Both the position numbers and the translations under genes were made by a program. From a virus, in IMG/VR virus record IMGVR_UViG_3300023109_000014, positions 1-64,000 of that record: 64,000 nt of DNA, one strand, 5' to 3'. The notes under the pieces were generated by a model. The model ran no database searches, was not told the origin of the DNA, and saw only the letters and a program-made list of their open reading frames with translations. Below are positions 10,197-18,611 of the stretch, piece by piece. Numbering within the stretch: the stretch's first letter is position 1; each line of letters begins with the position of its first letter.

Positions 10197-10708
10197 ATTT
10201 ATATACAATCTAATGGTTAAAGGTGTTAAAGTCAAGCCCAAAAAGGATGTTTTTTTACAGATGACATAGGTACTGCAACCCTTTTGTTTGTGTTATATAT
10301 GCGAGCTAAAACAAAAGTTTCTGCTCCATCTTGTTGAATTCCCTCTACATGAAGGATGCGTTTTTGGTAATCTATTACAACATCGTTTTTGTTAATCATA
10401 CCTTAATCTAATCAATTTTTTTGTTAATTGCAAGCTAAATCGTCTTTTTTTTAGCATTTTTATTTTATTTTTTTTGGCACGAAAATCGCGGGGCGATTTG
10501 CCCTTATTCGCTTAGCTCTGTTTGGGCAATTCTGTCAAGATCGGCTTGTGCGGCTATGACTTGCATCTGTGCTGATGCAGAGCCGTTATTTGCCGCCTCG
10601 ATATTCTCATCGATGATTTTAGATAGTCTTCTTTTTTCTTGTAGTAGTGTGTTTGTCATATGTATATAAGTTAAACGATTTTTTAGATTAAGTCAAATTT
10701 ATTTTCAA

Positions 10709-10936
10709 TTACATTTCAAATTGATCATGGTAGCCGTAATCAAAGTCTTCGTAATGATCCCTACATTCTGGCTCTTCATGATTTCTATGCACTTCTGACA
10801 TAGGAGAATGCTTGCGAGAGTTATTTGCCTTATTGAAGGCATCAACTTCATCATTCATCTTCTGCATGAGTTCTTCTTGTTTTTTGAGAATCTCGGCGTT
10901 AACAGGTCGGTCAATGTGTGAGTATTTACTAATCAT
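10709..10936 (-). CDS. hypothetical protein
   Basis: ORF track 10709..11023; ATG 10936 follows a minus-strand promoter. Confidence 0.55.
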   Translation of the reverse strand: MISKYSHIDRPVNAEILKKQEELMQKMNDEVDAFNKANNSRKHSPMSEVHRNHEEPECRDHYEDFDYGYHDQFEM

Positions 10937-11023
10937 AACTAAGTATAATCTAAGGGATAAAGAAGTTAATTGCAAGCAAAAACGTATTTTTCTTAAAAAA
11001 ATCGGCAGCCGATTTTGTGCCAA

Positions 11024-11257
11024 TCAGCTTTCCTCTAGCAAGCCATCCCTCAAGAGATTGAGTTCTTGCAAGACTTTATTATATTCTTTTCTAGCTTGTT
11101 GTATCGCATGAAGTGCATCAAGAACGGCAGTGCCTTGAGTAATTGAAGCTGACTTTGATTCAGCAAGAAATTTAAGATTACCCTCGGCTTTAGACATTGA
11201 TAAAGCACATTGCAATGTAGGGTATTTTTTAAGAAGATCTTTTGTTGAGTTATTCAT
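11024..11257 (-). CDS. hypothetical protein
   Basis: 77 aa ORF co-oriented with neighbours. Confidence 0.6.
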   Translation of the reverse strand: MNNSTKDLLKKYPTLQCALSMSKAEGNLKFLAESKSASITQGTAVLDALHAIQQARKEYNKVLQELNLLRDGLLEES

Positions 11258-11260
11258 GTA

Positions 11261-11734
11261 TTATTTCGTTTGGTTTTCAAGTTCCCACAATTCGGGATGC
11301 GATGCGTAGTGAAAAAAGAATCTGCCTTGATTTTGTTTGGCAGTTTTGATTTCAAATTCAGATGGCTCAACACCATAGGTTAAGCGAAAGTTTGCCTCAG
11401 AAGCAGAAATTCCAAGTTCTTTTTTGAGTTCAACTACTTGTCCCATGCGTGGGCGAGTTAATTTATTTTTGAACACTTTGACTTGAGTTACCTTTGGGGC
11501 GAAACGGTCTTCGTTAATTTTATATCGCTTAGGGGCATAAAAATTCCAAAGAATGGATACTTCTTTTGGTGTTGCTTGTTTAGTTTTCACAAGTGTTAAA
11601 GCGACATTTTCAAGCTGTTTTCGTGCGTTAAAACCTTTTTTCCATACGGAATGGTCATCCGAGAAGTCGTAAAACCAATCGTGATATTCTAGGTCGTTAG
11701 AGAATTCTGTTTTCAAGTCTTTTATCATAATCAT
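11261..11734 (-). CDS. hypothetical protein (HDWFY..SDD..VW..G motif)
   Basis: N-terminal HDWFYDFSDDHSVWKKG motif recalled from phage proteins. Confidence 0.65.
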   Translation of the reverse strand: MIMIKDLKTEFSNDLEYHDWFYDFSDDHSVWKKGFNARKQLENVALTLVKTKQATPKEVSILWNFYAPKRYKINEDRFAPKVTQVKVFKNKLTRPRMGQVVELKKELGISASEANFRLTYGVEPSEFEIKTAKQNQGRFFFHYASHPELWELENQTK

Positions 11735-11801
11735 TTATCTTTCTATATATATAAGGTAGTCTAGTTTTTAACTAAAGTCAAATTTATTTGCAATTATTTT
11801 A

Positions 11802-12077
11802 CTATTTTTTTTCTCTTATTTCTTGGATGTAGTATTGAGCATTATCACCATCTTTGCGTTGAATGCTTGTTTGGAATTGCAACTTTGGTTGAAGTGTGCG
11901 AATCATGCGAGCAACTTTGCGTCTGACTTCATGCTTATCTTCAGCTTGTATAGTGATTGCGTGGTGCGTCTTGTCAATGTCAATGTATGACTTAGTATTA
12001 CTATTCCATAAGGAAATTGCTTCACCATCGAGGGAAGAGACATGAACGCTTGCAATGAATGTTTTATTCTTAATCAT
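11802..12077 (-). CDS. hypothetical protein
   Basis: 91 aa ORF with upstream TTGACT promoter. Confidence 0.6.
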   Translation of the reverse strand: MIKNKTFIASVHVSSLDGEAISLWNSNTKSYIDIDKTHHAITIQAEDKHEVRRKVARMIRTLQPKLQFQTSIQRKDGDNAQYYIQEIREKK

Positions 12078-12337
12078 ATATACAATATGACATACAAATT
12101 AACAAAAGTCAAATTTTTTTTCAATTACCTTTCAACTATGTTTTTGCACAATCCTACTGAATCGCCTGCCGATTTCATGCCAATTTATTTTTAAAAAAAG
12201 CTCTTGACATTTAAAACATTTCTCTTTAGTGTGTTGTTATGGACATTATTATTATACTTATCATATTTGCGATTATGACTTGCCGAGAAGTGGTAAATTG
12301 TAGTTGACATTATTATTAAAACTATCATACTTGTATT

Positions 12338-12970
12338 ATGAACCTTGCGAAAAACATAGACCACAATTTACTTAACAATTCCCTAAACAAAATTGCTTCT
12401 GATGGCTCAACCCATCATGGATATAGCTTTGAAGATTTTGTAACTCTTGCTTTAGGATTTACCGAAGCTGACGGCACACCCTATCGAGACAGAAAACAAG
12501 GAGGCACAAAAAATCATCGGCAGAGCTTTGACATCCCTCAAGAAGTTGCCGAACGCAACCCAATTTTACCCGAAGCATACAAGCTCCCATGGTCAATCAA
12601 AGCAGTAAAAATTGGAAGTCCTATTGGTCTAGGAACTGCACGACTTCAGTATGATGCGTGGTCAGCTTCGGGGCTTGTGCAGGTATCGGGCTTTTACTCC
12701 AAGAAAGGTGGAGAGAAAAGGCTTGAGCATTTTTCGATTGAAGTTGTTCCTCCTGATGTTGAATATTGGGGAAACATAACAAAAGAATTAGTTTATCGGC
12801 TTGATCCCAAAGGCGTTTCTAGAGAATGTTATTCTAGAAAAGAATTCGAGGCAGAAACAGGTCGAGTTAACAAAAGCAGAACAGGTGTTATCGGTTTGCG
12901 AGCATTAGGCAGACAGAGAAACTTGCAAGCGTATATGAATTTTTCTGACTATAACACTCTTGTTGCTTGA
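12338..12970 (+). CDS. putative restriction-endonuclease-fold (PD-(D/E)xK-like) nuclease
   Basis: HGYSFE...SFDIP...WSIK arrangement (E, D, S-x-K). Confidence 0.5.
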   Translation: MNLAKNIDHNLLNNSLNKIASDGSTHHGYSFEDFVTLALGFTEADGTPYRDRKQGGTKNHRQSFDIPQEVAERNPILPEAYKLPWSIKAVKIGSPIGLGTARLQYDAWSASGLVQVSGFYSKKGGEKRLEHFSIEVVPPDVEYWGNITKELVYRLDPKGVSRECYSRKEFEAETGRVNKSRTGVIGLRALGRQRNLQAYMNFSDYNTLVA

Positions 12971-13001
12971 CATTTTGACAAAAAACATTACTATAAAACT
13001 T

Positions 13002-13187
13002 ATGATTAAAACAAAGATAGATAACCTCACAGAAATGCTTAAGAAGTTAAGTGCCCAAAAAAATGCAGAATTAAGGGTTGGCAACATTATTTCTGCTAAC
13101 GCTTTAGAGTCAGTGCAAATGGATATCGAAGCAAAGATTCTTGAGCTTTCAGCAAAAACAGAAAAAGGTTTAGTCGTTAAGGCTTGA
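13002..13187 (+). CDS. small coiled-coil protein
   Basis: ATG 13002 follows TTGACA promoter. Confidence 0.55.
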   Translation: MIKTKIDNLTEMLKKLSAQKNAELRVGNIISANALESVQMDIEAKILELSAKTEKGLVVKA

Positions 13188-13322
13188 CTTTCTTCTTAAA
13201 CTCTTATAGATTATTATTATGCGAAAATTATTTGATATGTTTACTATTGCGTTCATTCCATTTATTATTGGTGCAGTCCTACTTTTTGGATGTGCCTTAA
13301 TTGCTAACCTCATAAACCCATC

Positions 13323-13514
13323 ATGATTAAGATAAAAACACACCCTAATTTCGGTAATTGGTTTAACATATTTGCATTCAACAAATTAGTTGAACAAGTT
13401 CATACAAAATCCCAAGCACTAAAAAAGGCTAAAGAACTCGCTCGAAACAACGAGCAATCTTTTTATTTGCATGACGGAGTAAGAAAGGCGGTAGTTGTAA
13501 ATGAACCAAGCTGA
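13323..13514 (+). CDS. small protein, paralog of 13824..14006
   Basis: MIKIKTHPNFGNWFNI...ALKKAK. Confidence 0.65.
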   Translation: MIKIKTHPNFGNWFNIFAFNKLVEQVHTKSQALKKAKELARNNEQSFYLHDGVRKAVVVNEPS

Positions 13515-13695
13515 ACTTGAATCAAAAAATCCTTTTGTAATTACCGCTATAGAGAGAAGAACGATTATTCTCAGAAAAGATAGCCCGTACTACAAGCCAA
13601 AGCTGAATGACAGGGTTTTATCAATTGACTGCGTACTTGCAAATTCAGATCGACTGATAGAAATCCAGAAAGGAATCTTTGAGTTGACAGACTAA
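13501..13695 (+). CDS. hypothetical protein
   Basis: 64 aa ORF overlapping previous stop. Confidence 0.5.
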   Translation: MNQAELESKNPFVITAIERRTIILRKDSPYYKPKLNDRVLSIDCVLANSDRLIEIQKGIFELTD

Positions 13696-13823
13696 AGTTG
13701 GCACGAAAATCGCGGGGCGATTCTACATAAACCATTGGTTATTAGTAGTTTAAGTATGTAAAAAAATCAATTATTTTTTCATTTGGGCTTGACTTTTGGA
13801 GCTAGCTATACTATATTCTATAT

Positions 13824-14006
13824 ATGATTAAGATTGAAACACACCCAAACTTTTCCGAATGGCTTAACATTTCATTATGGGGAAAGTTGATTGATAACGC
13901 TAAGTCTGAAGTTCAGGCATTAAAAATTGCTAAAACTATTCAGAAAGAACGCCAAGCTCAAGGCGAAAGAATAATGATTATTAACCATGTAGAGGAAAAC
14001 AACTAA
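13824..14006 (+). CDS. small protein, paralog of 13323..13514
   Basis: MIKIETHPNFSEWLNI...ALKIAK. Confidence 0.65.
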   Translation: MIKIETHPNFSEWLNISLWGKLIDNAKSEVQALKIAKTIQKERQAQGERIMIINHVEENN

Positions 14007-14007
14007 A

Positions 14008-14313
14008 ATGACTAAAATTTCACAACAGATTAAAGAGGCATTTCTTGCAGGCGTTCACGCTAAACATTCAAACACTACGACAGACGGAAACAATGTTTGG
14101 CTTTATGGTCACAAAATTATTAAGCGTACCGCAGATGGACTCATTCAAGCAAGTTGGGCGGGTTACCCAACAGCGACTACAGCAGAACGACTAAGAAACA
14201 TTACTGATGCCGACTTCAGAAGAAAGGGCGGCAATGTACTACTCAACAACGAAGTTGTTAACCCGCATGATTGGTACGCTATCAGGTTTGATTCTAATTG
14301 TCAAGATTTTTAG
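14008..14313 (+). CDS. conserved phage hypothetical protein
   Basis: LYGHKI...GYPTATTAERL pattern. Confidence 0.65.
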   Translation: MTKISQQIKEAFLAGVHAKHSNTTTDGNNVWLYGHKIIKRTADGLIQASWAGYPTATTAERLRNITDADFRRKGGNVLLNNEVVNPHDWYAIRFDSNCQDF

Positions 14314-14461
14314 CCAAACAACCCCCCCCATTTTTTGGAATTTTACCTAACCCTTTCTCTGAGGAAAGGGCGGGGGTGGTAGTTTTCAGTATAAAAACGA
14401 AAACATATTTATTTAGAATAATTGCTCGACCAAAAAAAAATCGGACCTTAACCAAAAATAG

Positions 14462-14848
14462 TTAAGTAATCTCTATGGTTTTTTTGCGTTGTTCGCTTTT
14501 TTCTTCTTTTAATTGAATCTCTAGAATTCCATTTTTAATGGATGCGTTAGATTTTGCGAGGTCAACTTTTATTTTCGTGGCAAACTCTCGATTTATTTTA
14601 GATGTCATGGTTTCGCTGATTTTCTTGTTGCCAGTAATTCTGACTGATCTACCATCAATATTAATTTTAAGGTCCTCCTTGGTCATCCCAGGGGCCGCCA
14701 AACGAATGATACAACCATCTTTAGTCTCTTCAATATCTGTGCCAGCATTAAAACTGCAGACTCTATCTTTTAAAGAGTTTTCGTTACTATTAAAAAAATC
14801 AGACAACCATGAGGTGTCGAAACCAGAATTTATAAGTGAATATTTCAT
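14462..14848 (-). CDS. Hsp20/alpha-crystallin small heat shock protein
   Basis: DIEET...AAPGMTKEDLKI...ITG...ASIKNGILEIQL. Confidence 0.9.
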   Translation of the reverse strand: MKYSLINSGFDTSWLSDFFNSNENSLKDRVCSFNAGTDIEETKDGCIIRLAAPGMTKEDLKINIDGRSVRITGNKKISETMTSKINREFATKIKVDLAKSNASIKNGILEIQLKEEKSEQRKKTIEIT

Positions 14849-14859
14849 ACAATATATAT

Positions 14860-14876
14860 TGCATAAGTCATGCCAA
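14860..14876 (-). promoter_or_regulatory. sigma54 (-24/-12) promoter of hsp20
   Basis: minus strand TTGGCATGACTTATGCA = GG-N10-GC, about 12 nt before the ATG. Confidence 0.65.
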
Positions 14877-14909
14877 CTAAAAACGCGGTAAAATCGCGGT
14901 AAAATCTAG

Positions 14910-15197
14910 TTAGTTGCGACTTTCTGACCCAAACGGAGTTTTCTGTTGGCATGCGCATGAGTCATCGTGGCGCAAGTTATATTTTTGGCATTTATTTTTA
15001 TATCGTTCCCACATATAGTAGGGCCAAAAGAAGTGGAAAGCTAAATCGTCTTGGTTTTTTAAGGCTGCAGCTAGCTCAAGGGCGTAAACCTTCTCCCAAT
15101 TCTTTTCTTCTTCAGAAAATTTAGTATCTTCTGGTTTTAATTTAGGTTCTTTTAGCGAACAAGTACAAAAAAATAATACAATTAATAAAAACCTCAT
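14910..15197 (-). CDS. putative lipoprotein/secreted protein
   Basis: hydrophobic N-terminus ending FFCTC; GTGTA-N9-ATG upstream. Confidence 0.55.
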   Translation of the reverse strand: MRFLLIVLFFCTCSLKEPKLKPEDTKFSEEEKNWEKVYALELAAALKNQDDLAFHFFWPYYMWERYKNKCQKYNLRHDDSCACQQKTPFGSESRN

Positions 15198-15296
15198 AAT
15201 ATGAGGTACACAATTATTAACTAATAAATTACCACTTGTATTTTTCCCAAGAGCAATATAAGTATAGTAGAGCTAGCACTCCAATAATAGCTAATG

Positions 15297-15803
15297 TCAT
15301 TTAACAATCCTTTCTTTAATAATTTGTTGGGCATATTCTTTACCATGCCAGCCTGAAAGTTCTACTCGGTTCCCAGAAGAAGATAAATCTTTATAATGTG
15401 CAAAAAAGTTTGTACAGATTTCAATAAAATGTTTATCTATACAAGACAGGTCTGAATATTTATCTTTGTAGAAATTCGGTACAGCAATTATTTTATAATC
15501 TTTTTCTCCATTGTCGTCCATGTCCAACACTCCCAAAACCTTAGCTTCAACGATTGTTCCCCTTTGAATAGGTTCTTTGTTAATAATTAATATATCTATT
15601 GGGTCTCCGTCTTCGCACATGGTCTGAGGGATGAATCCATAGTTAGCAGGATAAACCATTGAAGAGATTAAAGACCTGTCGAATATGAAACCCTGGAGGT
15701 CGGGGTCGTATTCATATTTATTTCGGTGACCTTCTTGTATTTCAATTATTGAATTAACTACAGATGGGCAGTGTTTATTTTGCGGGACATTATACAAATT
15801 CAT
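15297..15803 (-). CDS. ppa: family I inorganic pyrophosphatase
   Basis: NKYEYD, YPANYGFIPQT, DGDPIDIL, D.GEKDYKIIAVP, FFAHYK. Confidence 0.95.
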   Translation of the reverse strand: MNLYNVPQNKHCPSVVNSIIEIQEGHRNKYEYDPDLQGFIFDRSLISSMVYPANYGFIPQTMCEDGDPIDILIINKEPIQRGTIVEAKVLGVLDMDDNGEKDYKIIAVPNFYKDKYSDLSCIDKHFIEICTNFFAHYKDLSSSGNRVELSGWHGKEYAQQIIKERIVK

Positions 15804-15887
15804 TTTCTTAGCAAGTTCAACTATAATTACACGAGAATATTTTTTTTTGATTGACTTTTATTGAGAAAAACAGTAATATTACTACCA

Positions 15888-16715
15888 ATGAATATGTTTC
15901 AAGAAGAACAATCGAAAGAAGATAAAATAAAGTTAGAAGCAAAAGCTAAATATGGAGTTCATTTCAATTTTTTCGAACAAGCTGGCAAAGAGTTGAATTG
16001 GTTGGAGGAAAATAATCCAACATTCGCAAAAAAAAATAAAGTTTGTATCATTGGTAATGGTTTATCTTTGTTAAGCAAAAAAGCTGGAGAGGCTATAGAT
16101 AAGTTTGACTACGTTTGTAGGGTTGATGATTTTGTAACTCCTGTTGAAAAAACAAAGTTTATCTTAGGTAGTAAGACTACTCATGTTGTGCACGGCGCAA
16201 GCCCTCTAGCTTCTGCGTGGTCAAAAGGCAGGGTTCTTCCTCGCGTAAGCAACATCTTGTTAATTCCTGCGGATCAATTCACCAGTATGCAGGCATGGCT
16301 TTATTATTTCTGCGGTAAGAATGGTTCGCTATTTGATTCTACCCCATTAATAAAATTACTTCTTTTAGAAAGATTAGGTATAGAGAATATAGAACAACAA
16401 GATATATGGAAAAATATAAATAGCCATGATCTATATGATACAAATCAAAACTGGAATTTTGTGTCATTAGCTTTGTGTAGAGAAATCGCGAATAAAACAG
16501 TTGAATACCCATCGGTGGGTATTTCAACAATATTCTATTTTAGATATATTTTAAATTGGGACGTATCTGTTATTGGTTTTGATTTTGAAGACAAGCATAT
16601 TTGCGAAGAGCTGACCAAAGACATTAAGGCGCCCATGCATGAAAAAATCGACTACACAGAAGAATCTGTAGTATTTGACGAATGGGTAGGTAACAAAATC
16701 ATTAAACTTCTTTGA
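15888..16715 (+). CDS. glycosyltransferase family 29 (sialyltransferase-like)
   Basis: L-like motif VCIIGNG.SL...G.AIDKFD.V.R...GSKTT; S-like PSVG...IGFDF. Confidence 0.7.
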   Translation: MNMFQEEQSKEDKIKLEAKAKYGVHFNFFEQAGKELNWLEENNPTFAKKNKVCIIGNGLSLLSKKAGEAIDKFDYVCRVDDFVTPVEKTKFILGSKTTHVVHGASPLASAWSKGRVLPRVSNILLIPADQFTSMQAWLYYFCGKNGSLFDSTPLIKLLLLERLGIENIEQQDIWKNINSHDLYDTNQNWNFVSLALCREIANKTVEYPSVGISTIFYFRYILNWDVSVIGFDFEDKHICEELTKDIKAPMHEKIDYTEESVVFDEWVGNKIIKLL

Positions 16716-16742
16716 TCTTAAATCAAGTAGTTGTATTGTTTG

Positions 16743-16928
16743 TTATTTTATTTTTTTAATTGCTTCTTCTAGAAGATTAATTTGTGATAAGTTTAATTTT
16801 ACTTCTCCATTGTAATCATCTTTAATAATATATTCGTTATTTTTCGTTTTTATTATTTCGGGGCAACACTTGCCCCTACCACAACTTAATATAATTTTAT
16901 TTAAAATATGTGATTTTTCTTCTTTCAT
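16743..16928 (-). CDS. small Cys-containing hypothetical protein
   Basis: CGRGKCCPE...IKDDYNGEV. Confidence 0.55.
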   Translation of the reverse strand: MKEEKSHILNKIILSCGRGKCCPEIIKTKNNEYIIKDDYNGEVKLNLSQINLLEEAIKKIK

Positions 16929-16951
16929 AAAGTAACACAAGGAGCTGTTTG

Positions 16952-17170
16952 TCAGCTCCTTTTTTTCTTTTTAAGTTTTATTATTTTGATGTCCGCATTA
17001 AGTAGGGAAAATACCCTAGCTACATTTGTCCTCTTCATCATTTCATAAGGAGTCTTATTGTCAAGCTCTTGCCTGGGCATCCCTAGCCATGTAACTGACT
17101 CGTAGGAGTTCATGTGCTTTGCGAGCAGCTCCATTATTTGAATATGCGCTCGGTTAATTTTCAATTTCAT
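16952..17170 (-). CDS. Xre/MbcA/ParS C-terminal (DUF2384) antitoxin-like domain protein
   Basis: WL..P..EL...TP.EM pattern (WLGMPRQELDNKTPYEMM). Confidence 0.6.
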   Translation of the reverse strand: MKLKINRAHIQIMELLAKHMNSYESVTWLGMPRQELDNKTPYEMMKRTNVARVFSLLNADIKIIKLKKKKRS

Positions 17171-17226
17171 TGAAGTATAATATAAGATCTATCAAAAAAA
17201 ACTATTTTAATGTGTATATATTTTAT

Positions 17227-17658
17227 ATGGGACCAGTACTAAATACAATCATAGGAGCAGGAATAAAAGTTTTCGCAAACCTGCTTAATTACTGGATCGA
17301 ACAAAAAAGGCAGGATCAAATGGTGCTTGCAGCAAGAGACAATGCAATGTTAACTGCGTTAATAGATAATCATTCAAAGCAGGCCTCCGACCCATTTGTT
17401 AAAGTTACAAGAAGAATGCTTTTTCTAACTATAACATTTACAATGTGTTTTTTAATGATTTATTATGCAATGAATCCAAATATTCAATATGATGTAATAA
17501 TTGACAAACCTTCGAGTGGAGGCTTGTTTTCTTTTTTGTTTGGCGGGAATAAATCTTGGGAAAAGGTGCAATTAACAGGAGGATTACTATTGACATCTTT
17601 TATGGATTTATGTTTTATGGTAGTTGGTTTTTACGCAATCCCTAGTAGGTCCAAATGA
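17227..17658 (+). CDS. holin-like membrane protein
   Basis: 2-3 hydrophobic segments, F...TRR before a TM segment, terminal VVGFY; start reassigned to ATG 17227 after GTGTA motif. Confidence 0.55.
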   Translation: MGPVLNTIIGAGIKVFANLLNYWIEQKRQDQMVLAARDNAMLTALIDNHSKQASDPFVKVTRRMLFLTITFTMCFLMIYYAMNPNIQYDVIIDKPSSGGLFSFLFGGNKSWEKVQLTGGLLLTSFMDLCFMVVGFYAIPSRSK

Positions 17659-17936
17659 GAGTAATATATATCACATTTTGCTTACTCCTAATTAGTTGTT
17701 CTACTAGCATACTGAGGAATACTACAGAGCCAAAAGCGGTAAATTTTAATAGCAACACGAACGAATTCCAGAATATTGACCAAAATAACGACGGAGTTGT
17801 ATCAAAGAAAGAATTTGAAAAAGTTAAAACAAACCAACATAATTATGCTTATGATGAACCAATCACAATTACCCTTATTATATGCGGCATCACTCTTCTT
17901 TCGTGCGCCTTTAGTGGGGCTTTTAAAAAAAAATAA
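17655..17936 (+). CDS. lipoprotein with EF-hand and C-terminal TM helix
   Basis: lipobox LLISC; DQNNDGVVSKKE EF loop; hydrophobic C-terminal segment. Confidence 0.6.
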   Translation: MRVIYITFCLLLISCSTSILRNTTEPKAVNFNSNTNEFQNIDQNNDGVVSKKEFEKVKTNQHNYAYDEPITITLIICGITLLSCAFSGAFKKK

Positions 17937-18569
17937 ATGAATATTCTTGAATACGAAACTTTACTAGCGTCAATCATAACACTAGGATCCACCCTTGGAG
18001 GTTTATGGTTGAGGACGTATCTTCAGAAGAAGAACTCAAACCAAAGTTTGCACCCAAATAAAAAGGCTCAGCAAAAAATGGAGGCAATAGGCAAAATCAA
18101 TCAGGAGGTATATAATTTTCTATCACATACTAGAAAAGAGCTTAATGCAGATAGATCATATATTTTTGAATTTAGTAATGGAAGCTATTTTTCTTCAGGC
18201 TTACCCATATCAAAATTCACATGCACCTATGAAACCGTAGGAGAGGGTATAACCTCTGAAAGCCATAATCCTGGAGAGTATAGAGTATCTAATTTTAATG
18301 AATATATTAAAATATTAATAGATGGAGAAAATTTCATTCTAGAGGATATAAGGTCTTGCGAGAAAACATTGCTAAAAGAGCTTTTAATTAAAAAAGGAGT
18401 TTCCAGTCTATATAACTTTCCGATTAAAGATATTCATGGTAGAGTAATTGGTTTTTTGGGTTTAGACTTTGTTAAAACTCCCCAGAAGTTAACATCTGGT
18501 CAAATTAACCATTGCAATAAAGCTGCTGATAAGTTGAGTGGTTATTTAAATGCAGATGATATCTGTTAA
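17937..18569 (+). CDS. single-TM GAF-domain protein (possible T4 T-like holin)
   Basis: N-terminal TM; LNADRSYIFEF...GVSSLYNFPI...GRVIGFLGLDF GAF pattern. Confidence 0.65.
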   Translation: MNILEYETLLASIITLGSTLGGLWLRTYLQKKNSNQSLHPNKKAQQKMEAIGKINQEVYNFLSHTRKELNADRSYIFEFSNGSYFSSGLPISKFTCTYETVGEGITSESHNPGEYRVSNFNEYIKILIDGENFILEDIRSCEKTLLKELLIKKGVSSLYNFPIKDIHGRVIGFLGLDFVKTPQKLTSGQINHCNKAADKLSGYLNADDIC

Positions 18570-18611
18570 AAACAAAAGCTAGAATTTTAATATTTAAATA
18601 TTATCATAGGT

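Larger units (their letters stand above)
132..13722. repeat. dispersed intergenic palindrome AAATCG-N5-CGATTT, usually flanked by TTGGCA/TGCCAA (10 copies)
   Basis: copies at 132, 3817, 6326, 8014, 9380, 9724, 10474, 10999, 12160, 13698. Confidence 0.9.

Noticed and set aside
132-13722. Early palindromic repeats as a CRISPR array or integron attC sites
   Set aside because: Spacing is irregular (0.3-3.7 kb) with whole genes between copies; no cas or integrase gene in the window and no attC R-box structure
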